From: a virus
Taxonomy: Duplodnaviria > Caudoviricetes
Virus record (IMG/VR): IMGVR_UViG_3300032030_000062
Span: 1-64,000 of that record
DNA length: 64,000 nt
Reading direction: 5' to 3' (one strand)
Shown: in pieces, positions 7,541 through 19,200 of the stretch
Position numbering within the stretch: position 1 is the first letter of the stretch
How the letters are laid out: every line of letters starts with the position of its first letter
Translations under genes and position numbers: made by a program
The notes under the pieces: generated by a model
Seen by the model: the letters and a program-made list of their open reading frames with translations, nothing else
The model's database searches: none
What the model was told of the DNA's origin: nothing

Positions 7541-9286
7541 ATGTCTATGTGGCGTAACATAGTATCAAAGCTAAAGGAGTTAATACGAACTATGATAGGT
7601 GGTAAAATAATTCAGAATGAATTACATATTTCTCATGCTATTTCGCCTAAGATGGAAACAGCAATACAGAAATGGACAAATCTGTATTTGAATCAAGCGG
7701 ACTGGTTACATGAACCAGATGATGAAAATCCAGTCAGAATTGTTTCTTTAGGATTGCCCAGTTTGATAGCAAGTGAAAAAGCACGAATGGCATTACTGGA
7801 ATTTGATTCTGAAATAACTACACCATTAAAAGAGGTAGAAATCGAAAATCCTGATTATCCCGGTGAAACTCGTTATATGACAAATAGTGAGGGAATCAGA
7901 ATACCGTTACCGAAAACTGAACCTCCTAAAATGATTAAGAAAGAACTTCCTGTTGGAAGTACCAAAAGGGCAGAATATTTAGAGAGTCAGTATAAAAAGC
8001 TTAAAAAACAATTAAGGCGACAGATTGAATATGGTATTGCAAAAGGCGGTCTTGTAATTAAACCTTATGTAGTAACTACCAGTAATTTGTCAGATTCAGA
8101 TATTGTTCCTACTATTGAAATAGAATATGATTTTATTCAAGCAGATGCATACTATCCTCTTTCTTTTGATGCCGCCGGCAAGATAACAGAAGCCGCATTT
8201 ATTCAATCAAAAACTGAACGAGATATTATTTATAGGAGACTTGAATATCACAAGTGGGAAAATAATACTGTTACTGTTATCAATAAAGCGTATAAATCTA
8301 ATAACATAAGCGGTGTAACCGATTTAAACGGAAGTTTGGGAGAAGAAATATCATTGACTGAAGTTCCAGAATGGAAAGACCTGGAAGAAAAGGTAGTTAT
8401 TAAAAATGTAGTAAGACCATTGTTTGCTTACTTCAAAATGCCGGAAGCAAACACTATTGATCCAACAAGTCCTCTTGGTGTATCTGGATTTAGTCGTGCT
8501 GTAAGCTTAATAAAAGATGCTGATATACAGTATTCTCGATTATTATGGGAATATGAAGCCGGTGAAATGGCTATTGATATTGATAGAGATGCATTAAAAG
8601 TTGATGAGGATGAACGAGGTAATGAACATTCACGTCCAAATCATTTACAGGAAAGATTATTCAGAAAAATGGATTTAGGTTCTAGTTCTGATACTTATCA
8701 ACCCTTTGCTCCGTCATTACGTGATGATCATTATATTGAAGGATTAAATACTATTCTTATGAGAATAGAAGATACTTGTGGTATAAGTAGAGGTTCGTTA
8801 TCAGATAGTGCGGATGTAGCAAGAACTGCAACAGAATTAAAAATCCTTAAACAGAGATCATATCAGACCAATGCCGAAATTCAGCAAGCTATTGAGGAAG
8901 CATTACGTGATACTATTTATGTGATGAATGTATATGCTACATTGTATGAAATAACACCAGAAGGTGAATACGATGTTAATTTTGAATGGGATGATAGTAT
9001 CATTGTTGATATTGATACAGAGATTGAAAAACGTATTACCTTAATGAATAATGGTCTTATTTCTAAGCTTGAAAATCGTATGTGGTATTTCGGTGAAACA
9101 GAACAACAGGCTATGGAAGCCTTATCTAAAATTGATGAAGAAACCAAACAAGCGCAAGTAAATGATTTAATGAGTATGGGTAATATAGATTCGTTTAATA
9201 ATGCTGGTAACAATTCCGGTAATAAAACTAAGGAAGATGATGAAGAAGATTCTAAAAAGAATAAAAATTCTGACAATTTCTCATAA
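7541..9286 (+). CDS. portal protein (SPP1 gp6/A118-like)
   Basis: Position after terL, 581 aa, RTATE and FEWDDSI motifs. Confidence 0.9.
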   Translation: MSMWRNIVSKLKELIRTMIGGKIIQNELHISHAISPKMETAIQKWTNLYLNQADWLHEPDDENPVRIVSLGLPSLIASEKARMALLEFDSEITTPLKEVEIENPDYPGETRYMTNSEGIRIPLPKTEPPKMIKKELPVGSTKRAEYLESQYKKLKKQLRRQIEYGIAKGGLVIKPYVVTTSNLSDSDIVPTIEIEYDFIQADAYYPLSFDAAGKITEAAFIQSKTERDIIYRRLEYHKWENNTVTVINKAYKSNNISGVTDLNGSLGEEISLTEVPEWKDLEEKVVIKNVVRPLFAYFKMPEANTIDPTSPLGVSGFSRAVSLIKDADIQYSRLLWEYEAGEMAIDIDRDALKVDEDERGNEHSRPNHLQERLFRKMDLGSSSDTYQPFAPSLRDDHYIEGLNTILMRIEDTCGISRGSLSDSADVARTATELKILKQRSYQTNAEIQQAIEEALRDTIYVMNVYATLYEITPEGEYDVNFEWDDSIIVDIDTEIEKRITLMNNGLISKLENRMWYFGETEQQAMEALSKIDEETKQAQVNDLMSMGNIDSFNNAGNNSGNKTKEDDEEDSKKNKNSDNFS

Positions 9287-9300
9287 TAGTGGTGATAATA

Positions 9301-10515
9301 ATGTTAAGTGAAAACACTATTGAAAATCTTGTCAAACCTATGGTTATAAGACAAGAAGCAATTAACACTTATGTTATTTCAAAGATAGCGGAAAGTGTAA
9401 GAAAAATAGGTTCTATATCTGCCTCCCAAATCAATCGTATGAAATTATTGATTGAATACGGGGCAGATATTAGAGAAATGAATACTGAACTTGCAAGACA
9501 ATCCAATTTGCAAGTTCGGGATATTAAAGCGATGATAAAAAATGTAGCAGTTAAAGTTAATCTTGATGCTAAACCATTGTATGATTATCGCCATAAGTCG
9601 TTTATTCCGTATGATAGAAATACTAAACTAAAACAACTTGTTGCAAATGTTGGTAATAGAACCGCAGGCACTTATGAAAATTTATCACATTCTAAAGCAA
9701 CAGGATTTTTAATTAGGGATTTAAAGAATCCGACAAGTCTAAGATTTCAATCCATTGATGATACATATAAATCTATATTAGATGAAGCTATACAAGCAAG
9801 CGCAAGCGGTGTTATAGATTATAAAACAGCCATGCGAAGAACATTAAAACAATTATCTGATAGCGGTATTCGTAGATTAACTTGGGACAGCGGTTATACT
9901 CAAAGATTAGATACGGCTGTAAGAAGAAATCTATTGGAAGGTGTTCGTGCAATTAACCAAGCTGTAGAAGATGCAATAGGAGAAGAAATCGGTGCGGATG
10001 GAAAAGAATTAAGTGCCCATAGATTTTGTGCGTTAGATCATGAACCATTTCAAGGTCATATATTTACCAATGAAGAATATGAAAAATTACAGAGTAATAT
10101 GGATTTCATAGACATTGATAATAATCATTTTATGGCCGTTGATCGTATTATAGGTATATGGAACTGTAGACATATTGCGAGAAGTGTTATTATAGGCGTT
10201 ACTAAACCAACGTATACTAAAGAACAATTAGAACAATTTATAGCAGATAATCATGAAGGATTTACATTACCGAACGGTAAACATTTAACTATGTATGAAT
10301 GTACACAGATGCAAAGAAAAATGGAAACCAGAATACGCTATGCAAAAGACGAACAAATTGTAATGCAAAAAGCTGGTAATTTAGATGCCGCTAAAATGGC
10401 AAGACAAAAAGTTATAACTTTAACAGAAGAGTATAAACAATTTAGTAAAGCTTGTAATTTACGTGTAGATATGGAAAGGGCATCTGTTATTGGTTACAGA
10501 TCAATCAAAACTTAA
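9301..10515 (+). CDS. minor capsid protein (A118 gp4 / Phage_min_cap2-like)
   Basis: RLDTAVRRN, HEPFQG, WNCRH motifs; follows the portal. Confidence 0.85.
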   Translation: MLSENTIENLVKPMVIRQEAINTYVISKIAESVRKIGSISASQINRMKLLIEYGADIREMNTELARQSNLQVRDIKAMIKNVAVKVNLDAKPLYDYRHKSFIPYDRNTKLKQLVANVGNRTAGTYENLSHSKATGFLIRDLKNPTSLRFQSIDDTYKSILDEAIQASASGVIDYKTAMRRTLKQLSDSGIRRLTWDSGYTQRLDTAVRRNLLEGVRAINQAVEDAIGEEIGADGKELSAHRFCALDHEPFQGHIFTNEEYEKLQSNMDFIDIDNNHFMAVDRIIGIWNCRHIARSVIIGVTKPTYTKEQLEQFIADNHEGFTLPNGKHLTMYECTQMQRKMETRIRYAKDEQIVMQKAGNLDAAKMARQKVITLTEEYKQFSKACNLRVDMERASVIGYRSIKT

Positions 10516-10588
10516 TTAAAGAACTTTTATAAAATACTTTATTAAAGTCTTTTACTAATTACTTCATTAAAGTGTTTATTAAAAGTTC

Positions 10589-10617
10589 TTTACAAACAAT
10601 TAAACTTGTTATATAAT
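10589..10617 (+). promoter_or_regulatory. promoter for the scaffold/capsid/tail genes
   Basis: TTTACA-17-TATAAT, preceded by an AT-rich inverted repeat. Confidence 0.6.
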
Positions 10618-10816
10618 GATTTTTGAAGAAAGGAAATCTTTCTTTTCATTCGTTTCCTCCCTGTGGTGCGTAGCACTTCAAACCAGTGAAGTGTTACGCA
10701 TTTGAGGAAAAGTCTTGCATAGGACGTTTAAATATATGCATACATTCAACCACCAAACTGCAAGGCGGATATATAAATTAGCAGATATAAATAGAATGTA
10801 AAGGAGATATTGTAAC

Positions 10817-11452
10817 ATGACGGTAAAAGAACTTTTTGATAAGGCAGAAAACGGTACTCTTACATGGGAACAATTTCAGACAGCGGCTGGAGATGCAAAA
10901 TTTGTTGATCTGAAAGAAGGCAATTATGTTTCCAAACAGAAACATGAAAGTGAAGTGGCTTCTTTAAATTCCAGAATCACTGAATTGAATACAACTATTG
11001 AAACAAGAGATACTGATTTAGCTACACTCCAACAGAAACTAAAAGATGCTGGTGACATAGAAGCACTAAAAACAGCTTCCCAAGAATTAGCAAACCTGCA
11101 AACAAAATATGATGCGGAAACAAAGGAATATCAAGCCAAGTTATCCAAACAGGCATATGAATTTGCAGTAAAAGATTTTGCGAATGGAAAAACCTTTAGT
11201 AGCAAAGCCGCAAAAAGGGATTTTATTCAGTCCATGATTGCAAAGAATCTTAGCTTAGAAAATGGTAAAATTATCGGTGCTGAGGATTTCGTAGATATTT
11301 ACTCAAAGGATAATGCAGATGCATTTGTAGTAAAGTCTGATCCTAAACCTAAATTTAGCACAGGTACTGACGATAATAAGCCAAAGAAACTTTCATTATC
11401 TGAAATGATGAAAATGAAAAATGAAAACCCAGATGTTAAATTTGATATTTAA
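10817..11452 (+). CDS. capsid scaffolding protein (GP20-like)
   Basis: AAGGAG RBS, coiled-coil character, immediately upstream of the major capsid gene. Confidence 0.85.
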   Translation: MTVKELFDKAENGTLTWEQFQTAAGDAKFVDLKEGNYVSKQKHESEVASLNSRITELNTTIETRDTDLATLQQKLKDAGDIEALKTASQELANLQTKYDAETKEYQAKLSKQAYEFAVKDFANGKTFSSKAAKRDFIQSMIAKNLSLENGKIIGAEDFVDIYSKDNADAFVVKSDPKPKFSTGTDDNKPKKLSLSEMMKMKNENPDVKFDI

Positions 11453-11468
11453 GTTGTGGAGGTAAACT

Positions 11469-12677
11469 ATGCCGTATTTTGACAGTAAACTTTTTAACGG
11501 TGAGGTATTCCAAAGCTATGTTGATAGGGTACCTAATCTAAAACTTAATGAACTGCTTAAATCCCGTGCTATTGTAAGCAGACAGGATTTAGCAGGTGCT
11601 ATGGCTGATCAGGTAGGTGGTAACTATATTACTACGCCGCTGAAAGGTCTTATTAGTGGAACTATTCCGCTTAACTATGACGGTGTTACTAATATTACTG
11701 CTCAGACCACGCAGACTTTCAGCCATTCTCGTGTTGTTGTCGGTCGTGCGCAGGCATGGACAGAGAAAGACTTCTCCTATGATATTACTGGTGGTGTTGA
11801 TTTCATGGAGAATGTTGCCCAGCAGGTAGCAGAATATTGGGACGAAATTGATCAGGCTACGATTGTATCTATTCTTACTGGTGTATTCAGTATGAGTGAT
11901 GCCGAAGGTCAGAGATTCGTTACTGAACATACCCATGATATTCGTGCTGTCCAGAATAGCGAAGGTAAAACTGGATTTATGGATGCTACTTCTCTGAATA
12001 CTGCTATTCAGAAAGCATCTGGCGATCATAAAAATAGATTTTCTCTTGCCATTATGCACTCTGTTGTAGCAACCAATCTTGAAAATATGAAGGTACTTGT
12101 GTATCTGAAATATAACGATGCAAACGGTATGGAGAGGGAAACTGGTCTTGCTACTCTTAATGGTAGACTGGTTATCATTGATGATAGTATGCCTGTTCTT
12201 GAAGATACTGGTACTGCTACGTTCTCCAAAACTTCTGATACATCTGTTCAGGCGGGCAAGACATATTACACTCGTACCGGTTCTTCTGGTAATTATACAT
12301 ACACTGCGGTAGTTAATCCTGTTGATGCTTCTATTGGCAGTTACTATGAAAAAACTGGTGCTGGTGATCCGCTGTATGTTACTTATCTGTTTGGTGACGG
12401 TGCTATTGAGTATACAAACTGCGGTGCTAAAGTTCCGGCTGAAATGAGTCGTGATCCCAAGACCAACGGTGGTCAGGATACTCTGTATAACAGACAGAGA
12501 AAATGTTTCTCCCCGTATGGTATCAGCTTTACTAAAGCTAACATGGCTACTCTTTCTCCGACAGATGCAGAACTGTCTGATGGCGCCAACTGGGAACTTG
12601 TAAACACCGGTGGTACTAATAAGAAGTATATCAATATTAAAGCTATCCCGATTGCCCGGATTATTTCCAAGGGTTGA
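11469..12677 (+). CDS. major capsid protein
   Basis: GGAGG RBS, strongly biased codons, FDSKLFNGEVF and LNYDG motifs, position in the module. Confidence 0.88.
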   Translation: MPYFDSKLFNGEVFQSYVDRVPNLKLNELLKSRAIVSRQDLAGAMADQVGGNYITTPLKGLISGTIPLNYDGVTNITAQTTQTFSHSRVVVGRAQAWTEKDFSYDITGGVDFMENVAQQVAEYWDEIDQATIVSILTGVFSMSDAEGQRFVTEHTHDIRAVQNSEGKTGFMDATSLNTAIQKASGDHKNRFSLAIMHSVVATNLENMKVLVYLKYNDANGMERETGLATLNGRLVIIDDSMPVLEDTGTATFSKTSDTSVQAGKTYYTRTGSSGNYTYTAVVNPVDASIGSYYEKTGAGDPLYVTYLFGDGAIEYTNCGAKVPAEMSRDPKTNGGQDTLYNRQRKCFSPYGISFTKANMATLSPTDAELSDGANWELVNTGGTNKKYINIKAIPIARIISKG

Positions 12678-12702
12678 TAATTTATGAAAGGTGGTTGCTT
12701 CT

Positions 12703-13122
12703 ATGTATCTAACATATGATGAATATATAAATATGGGTGGTGCAGAAATAGAAGAAACCACCTTTCAACAGTTGGAATTTGAGGCTCGTGCTGTAATAGA
12801 TTGGTGGACTTTCAATAGATTGAAGAATGAAACCAGCTTTCCGGAGGCTGTAAAACGATGCATGTTGAAAATTATTCAGCTTATGAAAGCCAAACAAGAT
12901 GTTATGGTAACGAGTCCAAGAGATTCTAACGGTAATGTAGTTGCGGGTCTGTCCAGTGAATCTAACGACGGTGTATCTGCGAGTTATAACATACTATCTG
13001 CTAAAGATATGATTGATACATCTGATAAAGCAATGGCTAATTGTATAAGAATGTATCTAACTGGTGTTAAAAATTCATTGGGACATCGTTTATTATATAG
13101 AGGATTATATCCAAATGAATAA
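12703..13122 (+). CDS. head-tail connector
   Basis: YLTYDEY N-terminus and SESNDGVSASY; position after the capsid gene. Confidence 0.75.
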   Translation: MYLTYDEYINMGGAEIEETTFQQLEFEARAVIDWWTFNRLKNETSFPEAVKRCMLKIIQLMKAKQDVMVTSPRDSNGNVVAGLSSESNDGVSASYNILSAKDMIDTSDKAMANCIRMYLTGVKNSLGHRLLYRGLYPNE

Positions 13123-13561
13123 CTATTCTTCATGGTGGAATACTACTGTTACTATATACAATAAATATACAGACCCACAAACACAGCTTGTTAAATGGTA
13201 TAGATATGTTATCAAAGACTGTTTTTGGAAATACAGTGGCGATAAAGTAACTATCAATAATGTGGTGCTTGATACAAAAAGCATTATCTGCCGTATTCGT
13301 GTTAATGATCAATTCTTGGAAAAGTATCAATGGGTGAATATTCCAAATGATGAAATGGGCAATTATTTTACTTTAAGTCAAGGTGATATAATAGTTAAAG
13401 GAGAGGTTGACGATGAAATAAACGAATATCAATCTGGTAAACGATCATCTGATCTGAAGAAAAAATACAAAGCATTACAAGGCTGTATGGAAATACAAGA
13501 GTGGTCAAATAACACTGGTGGCGGTAGAGGTAATGAACATTACTATGCAAAAGGTATTTAA
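13115..13561 (+). CDS. head-closure protein
   Basis: Synteny in an A118-like neck module. Confidence 0.6.
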   Translation: MNNYSSWWNTTVTIYNKYTDPQTQLVKWYRYVIKDCFWKYSGDKVTINNVVLDTKSIICRIRVNDQFLEKYQWVNIPNDEMGNYFTLSQGDIIVKGEVDDEINEYQSGKRSSDLKKKYKALQGCMEIQEWSNNTGGGRGNEHYYAKGI

Positions 13562-13563
13562 TT

Positions 13564-14049
13564 ATGCCGAAATACACAGGATACATAAAAGTAACGGCAC
13601 CATTAAAGCCAACTAAATTACAGCAAGAATTGATGGATATAATCGGTTCTGAAAAAGCTATGCGTGGAGTCCATCGATTATTAGGTGAATTTTGTGAACC
13701 TTATGTTCCAAAAAAGACAGGCGGATTACGTGCTGCTATGAAAGCTTATCCTGGTTCTGTAAAATGGGAAACTCCATATGCTCATTATCAATATACCGGT
13801 GTTGTGTATGCACCTAATTATCGCATAGAACGAAATGGTGAAATAATTGGTTGGTATTCTCCAGCAGGTAAGAAAAAGAGAAAAACTGATAGAGAACTTG
13901 GTGTACCCGGTGAATGGAAGGGCTGGAAATTTGGTTATTCAGAACCTGGAACAGCACACCATTGGCTTGATAAAGCAATGGAAGGCAGAGGTAAAAATAA
14001 TTACAGTATTGCTGTAACAAAAATGTTAAAACAGTTGGCGCATAAATAA
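13564..14049 (+). CDS. neck/tail-completion protein (minor capsid 2-like)
   Basis: PYVPKKTGGLR and TPYAHYQY motifs. Confidence 0.75.
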   Translation: MPKYTGYIKVTAPLKPTKLQQELMDIIGSEKAMRGVHRLLGEFCEPYVPKKTGGLRAAMKAYPGSVKWETPYAHYQYTGVVYAPNYRIERNGEIIGWYSPAGKKKRKTDRELGVPGEWKGWKFGYSEPGTAHHWLDKAMEGRGKNNYSIAVTKMLKQLAHK

Positions 14050-14062
14050 ATGGTGTTTAACA

Positions 14063-14542
14063 ATGATTGACAAAAATCAAGCTGTAATTGATTATTTAAT
14101 ACAATGCCCACAAATATTAAATAGTCCGTTATACTTCAATTTTATTAACGCAGAAGATGGAACTAATCAATTTCTTACTGTTAGTTCCGATAGATATTCG
14201 AGTAAACCTTTTATTGATGGAAGTGTTGAAAGAATTTATACTTTTACAATTATTACGTTTAGGTCTGCAACTGATATAGCAGTAGTAAAAATGGAAGGGT
14301 ACCCAAACGAAAATATGTCAGATATGTCAGATATTCAAACGCTTATTGATTGGGTAAAAGAACAAAACGATTTACATAATTATCCGAATTTCGGAGAAGA
14401 TTGTATTATAGATTCTATCATGCCGACAACAGATAATCCGAACTTTGATGGAATTGATGAACAAGTATCTCCTCCGTTAGCCGTATATAGTACATCAATA
14501 GAGATTCGTTACATAGACAATAGTAAGAAGATATGGAGGTAA
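14063..14542 (+). CDS. tail terminator-like protein
   Basis: Position immediately before the major tail gene. Confidence 0.6.
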   Translation: MIDKNQAVIDYLIQCPQILNSPLYFNFINAEDGTNQFLTVSSDRYSSKPFIDGSVERIYTFTIITFRSATDIAVVKMEGYPNENMSDMSDIQTLIDWVKEQNDLHNYPNFGEDCIIDSIMPTTDNPNFDGIDEQVSPPLAVYSTSIEIRYIDNSKKIWR

Positions 14543-14546
14543 GATA

Positions 14547-15056
14547 ATGGCAGTTGCTACATTTAATCTTGCACAGGGTCAAAGAGCAGAACGTAAACTC
14601 CTCATTACTGTAGCTGAGTGGACTGAGGGTAATGAGCAGGTTCGTGAAATTCTCGGTACCCGTACTGAAGATTCCAGTATTGAATATAATCCTGATATTG
14701 AAACAACTACTGATATTCTGGGTATTAACTATACTGATATGAATAGGACTCAACCGCAACAGGATTTCGATCCATTTCTTATTCTGGGTGGTTCTAAACT
14801 TGGTCCTAAGTTAAATGATATTAGAAGTAGGAATGCACTTTCTGAATTAGGTCAGTTTACGATTTATATTATCACAGCATTTGTTGGTACTGCCGGTTCT
14901 TATGCCGCTGAAAAGCATACTGGTTGCACCATTGCGTATAACAGCATCGGTGGAGATTCCAATGTAAACTTCCCGATCTCTGTATATTACAGTAATAATA
15001 TTACCAACGGTACTGTAGATAAATTAAGCGATGACTTTGAATTTACACCTGCTTAA
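14547..15056 (+). CDS. major tail (tube) protein
   Basis: GGAGG RBS, high-expression codon bias, position before chaperones and TMP. Confidence 0.75.
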   Translation: MAVATFNLAQGQRAERKLLITVAEWTEGNEQVREILGTRTEDSSIEYNPDIETTTDILGINYTDMNRTQPQQDFDPFLILGGSKLGPKLNDIRSRNALSELGQFTIYIITAFVGTAGSYAAEKHTGCTIAYNSIGGDSNVNFPISVYYSNNITNGTVDKLSDDFEFTPA

Positions 15057-15130
15057 GTGATGACTTCACATTCACACCTGCAACTGGTGAATAATTACAC
15101 TAACTAATTTTAAACAGGGAGGATTAACTA

Positions 15131-15604
15131 ATGGCTGAATTATTTGCAAATAACCAAAATACTAATGATGTAATTGATATTAGCTTAGATTCTTCAAAAA
15201 GGAAACGATTCCGTATAGATAAGGATGACAACAGAATTATTGAACTTGATACAACGGATTTAAACATTGTTGATAGATTCCAGAAAAAATATAATGAACT
15301 TGTAACCCTTATAGAAGAATCATTCCGTGATCTGTCAAAATCAGAAGATCCTGATTTTGGTAATGTTGGAGAATCTATTGCTAATGTTGATGCCAAGATG
15401 AGACAGATAATGGATGAAATATTCAATTCTAATATATCAGAAATTTGTGCCCCGTATGGTTCTATGTTAGATCCAATCAATGGTAAGTTTAGATTTGAAT
15501 ATATTTTTGAAACTTTAATTCCTCTTTATGAAAATGATATAAACAGTGAATTAAGGAAACTCAATACAAGGGTACAAAAACATACAAGTAAATACATAAA
15601 ATGA
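15131..15604 (+). CDS. tail assembly chaperone
   Basis: Position between the major tail gene and the gp15-like gene. Confidence 0.65.
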   Translation: MAELFANNQNTNDVIDISLDSSKRKRFRIDKDDNRIIELDTTDLNIVDRFQKKYNELVTLIEESFRDLSKSEDPDFGNVGESIANVDAKMRQIMDEIFNSNISEICAPYGSMLDPINGKFRFEYIFETLIPLYENDINSELRKLNTRVQKHTSKYIK

Positions 15605-15616
15605 AAGGATGATTAA

Positions 15617-16201
15617 ATGTATGAAATTCCAATTTCTATACAATCATCCGATGGAAAAGAATATAAAATAAGAAATCGAGGAGATTATCGTACAATCTTG
15701 GATTGCTTTGATGCATTAGACGATGCCGAATTAGAATCAAGCGAAAGATTGATGGCTAGTCTCCTCATTTTTTATGAGGATTTTAATTGTATAGAAGATT
15801 TATATAAAGTGGACAATTTACAAGAGTTAGTAACTGGCATGTATAACTTCTTTAATTGCAATCAAAAATCCAGCGGTTCAGAATCAAAATATAAATTGAT
15901 AGATTGGGAACAGGATTCACAGTTAATATGTTCTGCAATCAATAAAGTGGCTGGATTTGAAATAAGAAGTGCAAACTATATTCATTGGTGGACATTTATG
16001 GGATATTATACTGCAATCGGTGAATCTCCTATAAATACAATAATCGGCATCAGAGATAAAATAATGCGAGGTAAAAAATTAGAGAAATACGAAAATGAGT
16101 ATAGAAGAAACAATCCTCAATTTTTTACTTGGAATAATAAAACTGTTGATCAACAAGAGGCAGAAGCTTATGTTATGAATATATGGAATAGTGGTGGTTA
16201 A
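15617..16201 (+). CDS. A118 gp15-like tail assembly protein
   Basis: IDWEQDSQLICSAI and IHWWTFMGY motifs. Confidence 0.8.
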   Translation: MYEIPISIQSSDGKEYKIRNRGDYRTILDCFDALDDAELESSERLMASLLIFYEDFNCIEDLYKVDNLQELVTGMYNFFNCNQKSSGSESKYKLIDWEQDSQLICSAINKVAGFEIRSANYIHWWTFMGYYTAIGESPINTIIGIRDKIMRGKKLEKYENEYRRNNPQFFTWNNKTVDQQEAEAYVMNIWNSGG

Positions 16202-16203
16202 TT

Positions 16204-19200
16204 ATGGCAGCTTACGATGATGATATTCAATTAACTGTCGGACTGGAACCCGGTAATGTCGTTGAAACAGCGGAAAAACTAAATGACGAAGTAGAAAAAA
16301 TATTTGAAAGTTCATCTGGCAAAGATCTTTCAGCAAAGTTTAAATCATTATTAGCCAGTATGGATGCAATCAATACAAAATCTCAAAATATACAGGCTCA
16401 TTTAAAAGATTTGGCAAATCAACCGATATATACCAATGATTATAATAAACTATCTGAGGATGTTACTAAATTAGAACATCAATTAAGCAAATTATATGAT
16501 CGCAGAAAAACTCAAGATGAGGGAAAAATAGGTCATATATTAAATGATCCAGAATTAAGTGCTAAATATGCAGATACTACACGACAAATTGAAGAAGTAA
16601 CAACAGAATTAAATAAATTATTAGCGACTCAGGAGCAGATGGAAAACGATGGTACAGCTTTTGTACCTGCAGAAGATAGAGAAGGTTATCAAGATTATAT
16701 TGACAAATTAAGTGAATTAAACAATCAGATGATTGTTTACAAAGATCGAGTGGATGCACTTAATGATGGTGAAAGTTCAACTTTTTTAGATAGACTCTAT
16801 GAAGCCGTTAAAAATACCACTCCGTTAATTGATGAATTAGGTAATACTATTGCAAGAAGTTTTGGTAGCATAATGGAACAAGGTGCTTCTGTAATGGGAA
16901 GTACATTTGTTAAAGAAATGCAACTGGGATTTAATGCAGTTACTACTGGTGCCCAAAAAGTTGCATCATTAGCAGGTTCTGCTTTTGAAGGTTTACGAAC
17001 AGTTATTTCAAGAGTAAGTTCTGGTATTATAACATTAGGTAAATCTGCATTTTCCGGTATGGCTAATGGTGCGAGAAAAGCAGTAGAAGCCATAAACAAC
17101 CTAAGGACAAGTTTATTAAAATTAGCAGGAAATGCAGTAAAATCAGGATTAGATAGAATAAAAAGTTCGTTAAACGGAATTGGTAAGAGCGCAGGGAAAT
17201 CTAATAATGGTTTAAATGTAGGATTTAAAACATTTTTACGATACGGTCTTGGTATTCGTTCAACTTATGCATTAGTAAATAAATTAAGACGGGCATTAGG
17301 AGAAGGATTTGAAAATTTAGCAAAATCCAATTCTGAATTTAATGCCGCTATGTCGCAAATAAAAACATCTGTTGAATGGATAAAAAATAGTTTTGCGGCA
17401 GCAGTTGCACCTTTAATTGAAGCAGTGGCACCTGTTATAGCATCATTGGCAGAAAAGCTTGTAAATCTTATAAGATTAGCAGGTCAGTTTATCGCCGCTA
17501 TTACGGGTAAACAAGTAATACAGGCAGATGAAGTTTATCAAGATTATGCTGAATCACTTGATAAAGGATCAAAATCCACTAAGAAGTTAAACAAAGAATC
17601 TAAAGAACTGGAAAAAACTCTTGCAGGATTTGATGACGTAGAATTGCTTAAGGTTAATAAAGATAAGGAAAAAGAAGAAGATGAGGAGCAAGAAAAAGCA
17701 CCATCTTATTCATTTGTACCAGGATCTATAGATGCCGGTATGTCTGATTTAGCCGAAAAAATTAAGAAGTATTTTAAAGATATATGGGATGTAATAAAAC
17801 AAGCTTGGGCACAAGAGGGTGCTAAACTTATAGAGTCTATAAAAAGAGCATTAGGTGCAGTAAAAGATTTATTAGGTGCAATAGCAAAAACTTTTCATGA
17901 TGTATTCGTGGACGGATATGGCTTTGACTGGTTAGTAAGTCTTTTTCAATTACTCCAAACTATATTTGATATAATAACTGCGATAGCAACAGAGTTTAAA
18001 CGGGCGTGGGAAGAGAATGATAGAGGATATAATTTTATAGCTTCTATATTTACATTATTAACTCAGATCAATAATCTATTAAAAGATATAGGTCAGTCAT
18101 TTATCGATGCTTGGAATAGCGGTTCTGGCTATGCTTTAATCGCCGCTATACTTGAATTATTTACTGAAATCAATAATATGCTTACGGCAATAGCAGTTGC
18201 CCTAAGAATTGCTTGGAATGAAAATAATATAGGTTATACGTTAATCAAATCAATACTTGACCTGTTTACTATAATTGCTGATACATTAGCCGATATTGCA
18301 GACGCATTTGGACGTGCCTTTGTAAGTGATGCAGGAATAACAATGATTTCAAATATTTTGGAATTATTTAATACAATGGTTAATGTATTATATGTAATCA
18401 CTGCCGCTTTTCAAGGTGCTTGGAATGATAATGATGCTGGTTTTAAATATATAACAGAACTGTTTTTAGCATTAGGTGAAATAGCAAGTTTACTGGATTC
18501 TATAGGTCAATCATTCATCAATGCGTGGAACGATGATGATAGAGGTAAAAAATTATTAAGTAATCTCATAGGATTATTTACAGTTTTAAATATCCTCATA
18601 GCCACAGCGTCAAGAACATTTAAACGGGCGTGGGAAGATAACGGACGTGGCGAGGAACTAATTGGAAACATTCTTGAAGTATTTAATGAAATAATACTGG
18701 CGATAAAAAATATAACAAATAATTTTGCAACCGCATTTAATGAAGAAACAGGCTATAATTTAGTTGCAAGTTTATTAGATATGTTTAACAAGATTAGTGG
18801 AACAATTAAAACTATTGCAATTAGATTTAGATTAGCTTGGAATGAAGATGATGCAGGATTAGACCTTATAACCTCTATACTCAATAAATTTACAGAGATA
18901 AATACAACAATAGGTAACATTGCAAATGCATTTAAACGAGTATGGGAAGATAACGGAACTATTGATGAGGTATTTGCAAATATCTTTGATGCATTGACCG
19001 AATGGGAAAAAGCACAAACAAATGTAATCAGCAGTCTTGGTAAATCGTTTGAAAAAGGCGGTACTGGTGAACAAGCTATATCTACTATAACATCTTTGAT
19101 TAGCGATATTATTAAAAATATAGGAGATATAGAAAAAGCATTTAATAACGCTTGGGATAAAGATGGTCAAGGACAAAGAACTGTCAATGGTTTACTGGCA

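Noticed and set aside
11589-12761. 390-aa antisense ORF over the capsid gene
   Set aside because: Expected by-product of strong codon bias in a highly expressed gene; no RBS or recognisable domain.
15131-16201. Programmed frameshift between tail chaperones
   Set aside because: The second ORF has its own AAGGA RBS and ATG, and no convincing slippery heptamer was found at the end of the first.
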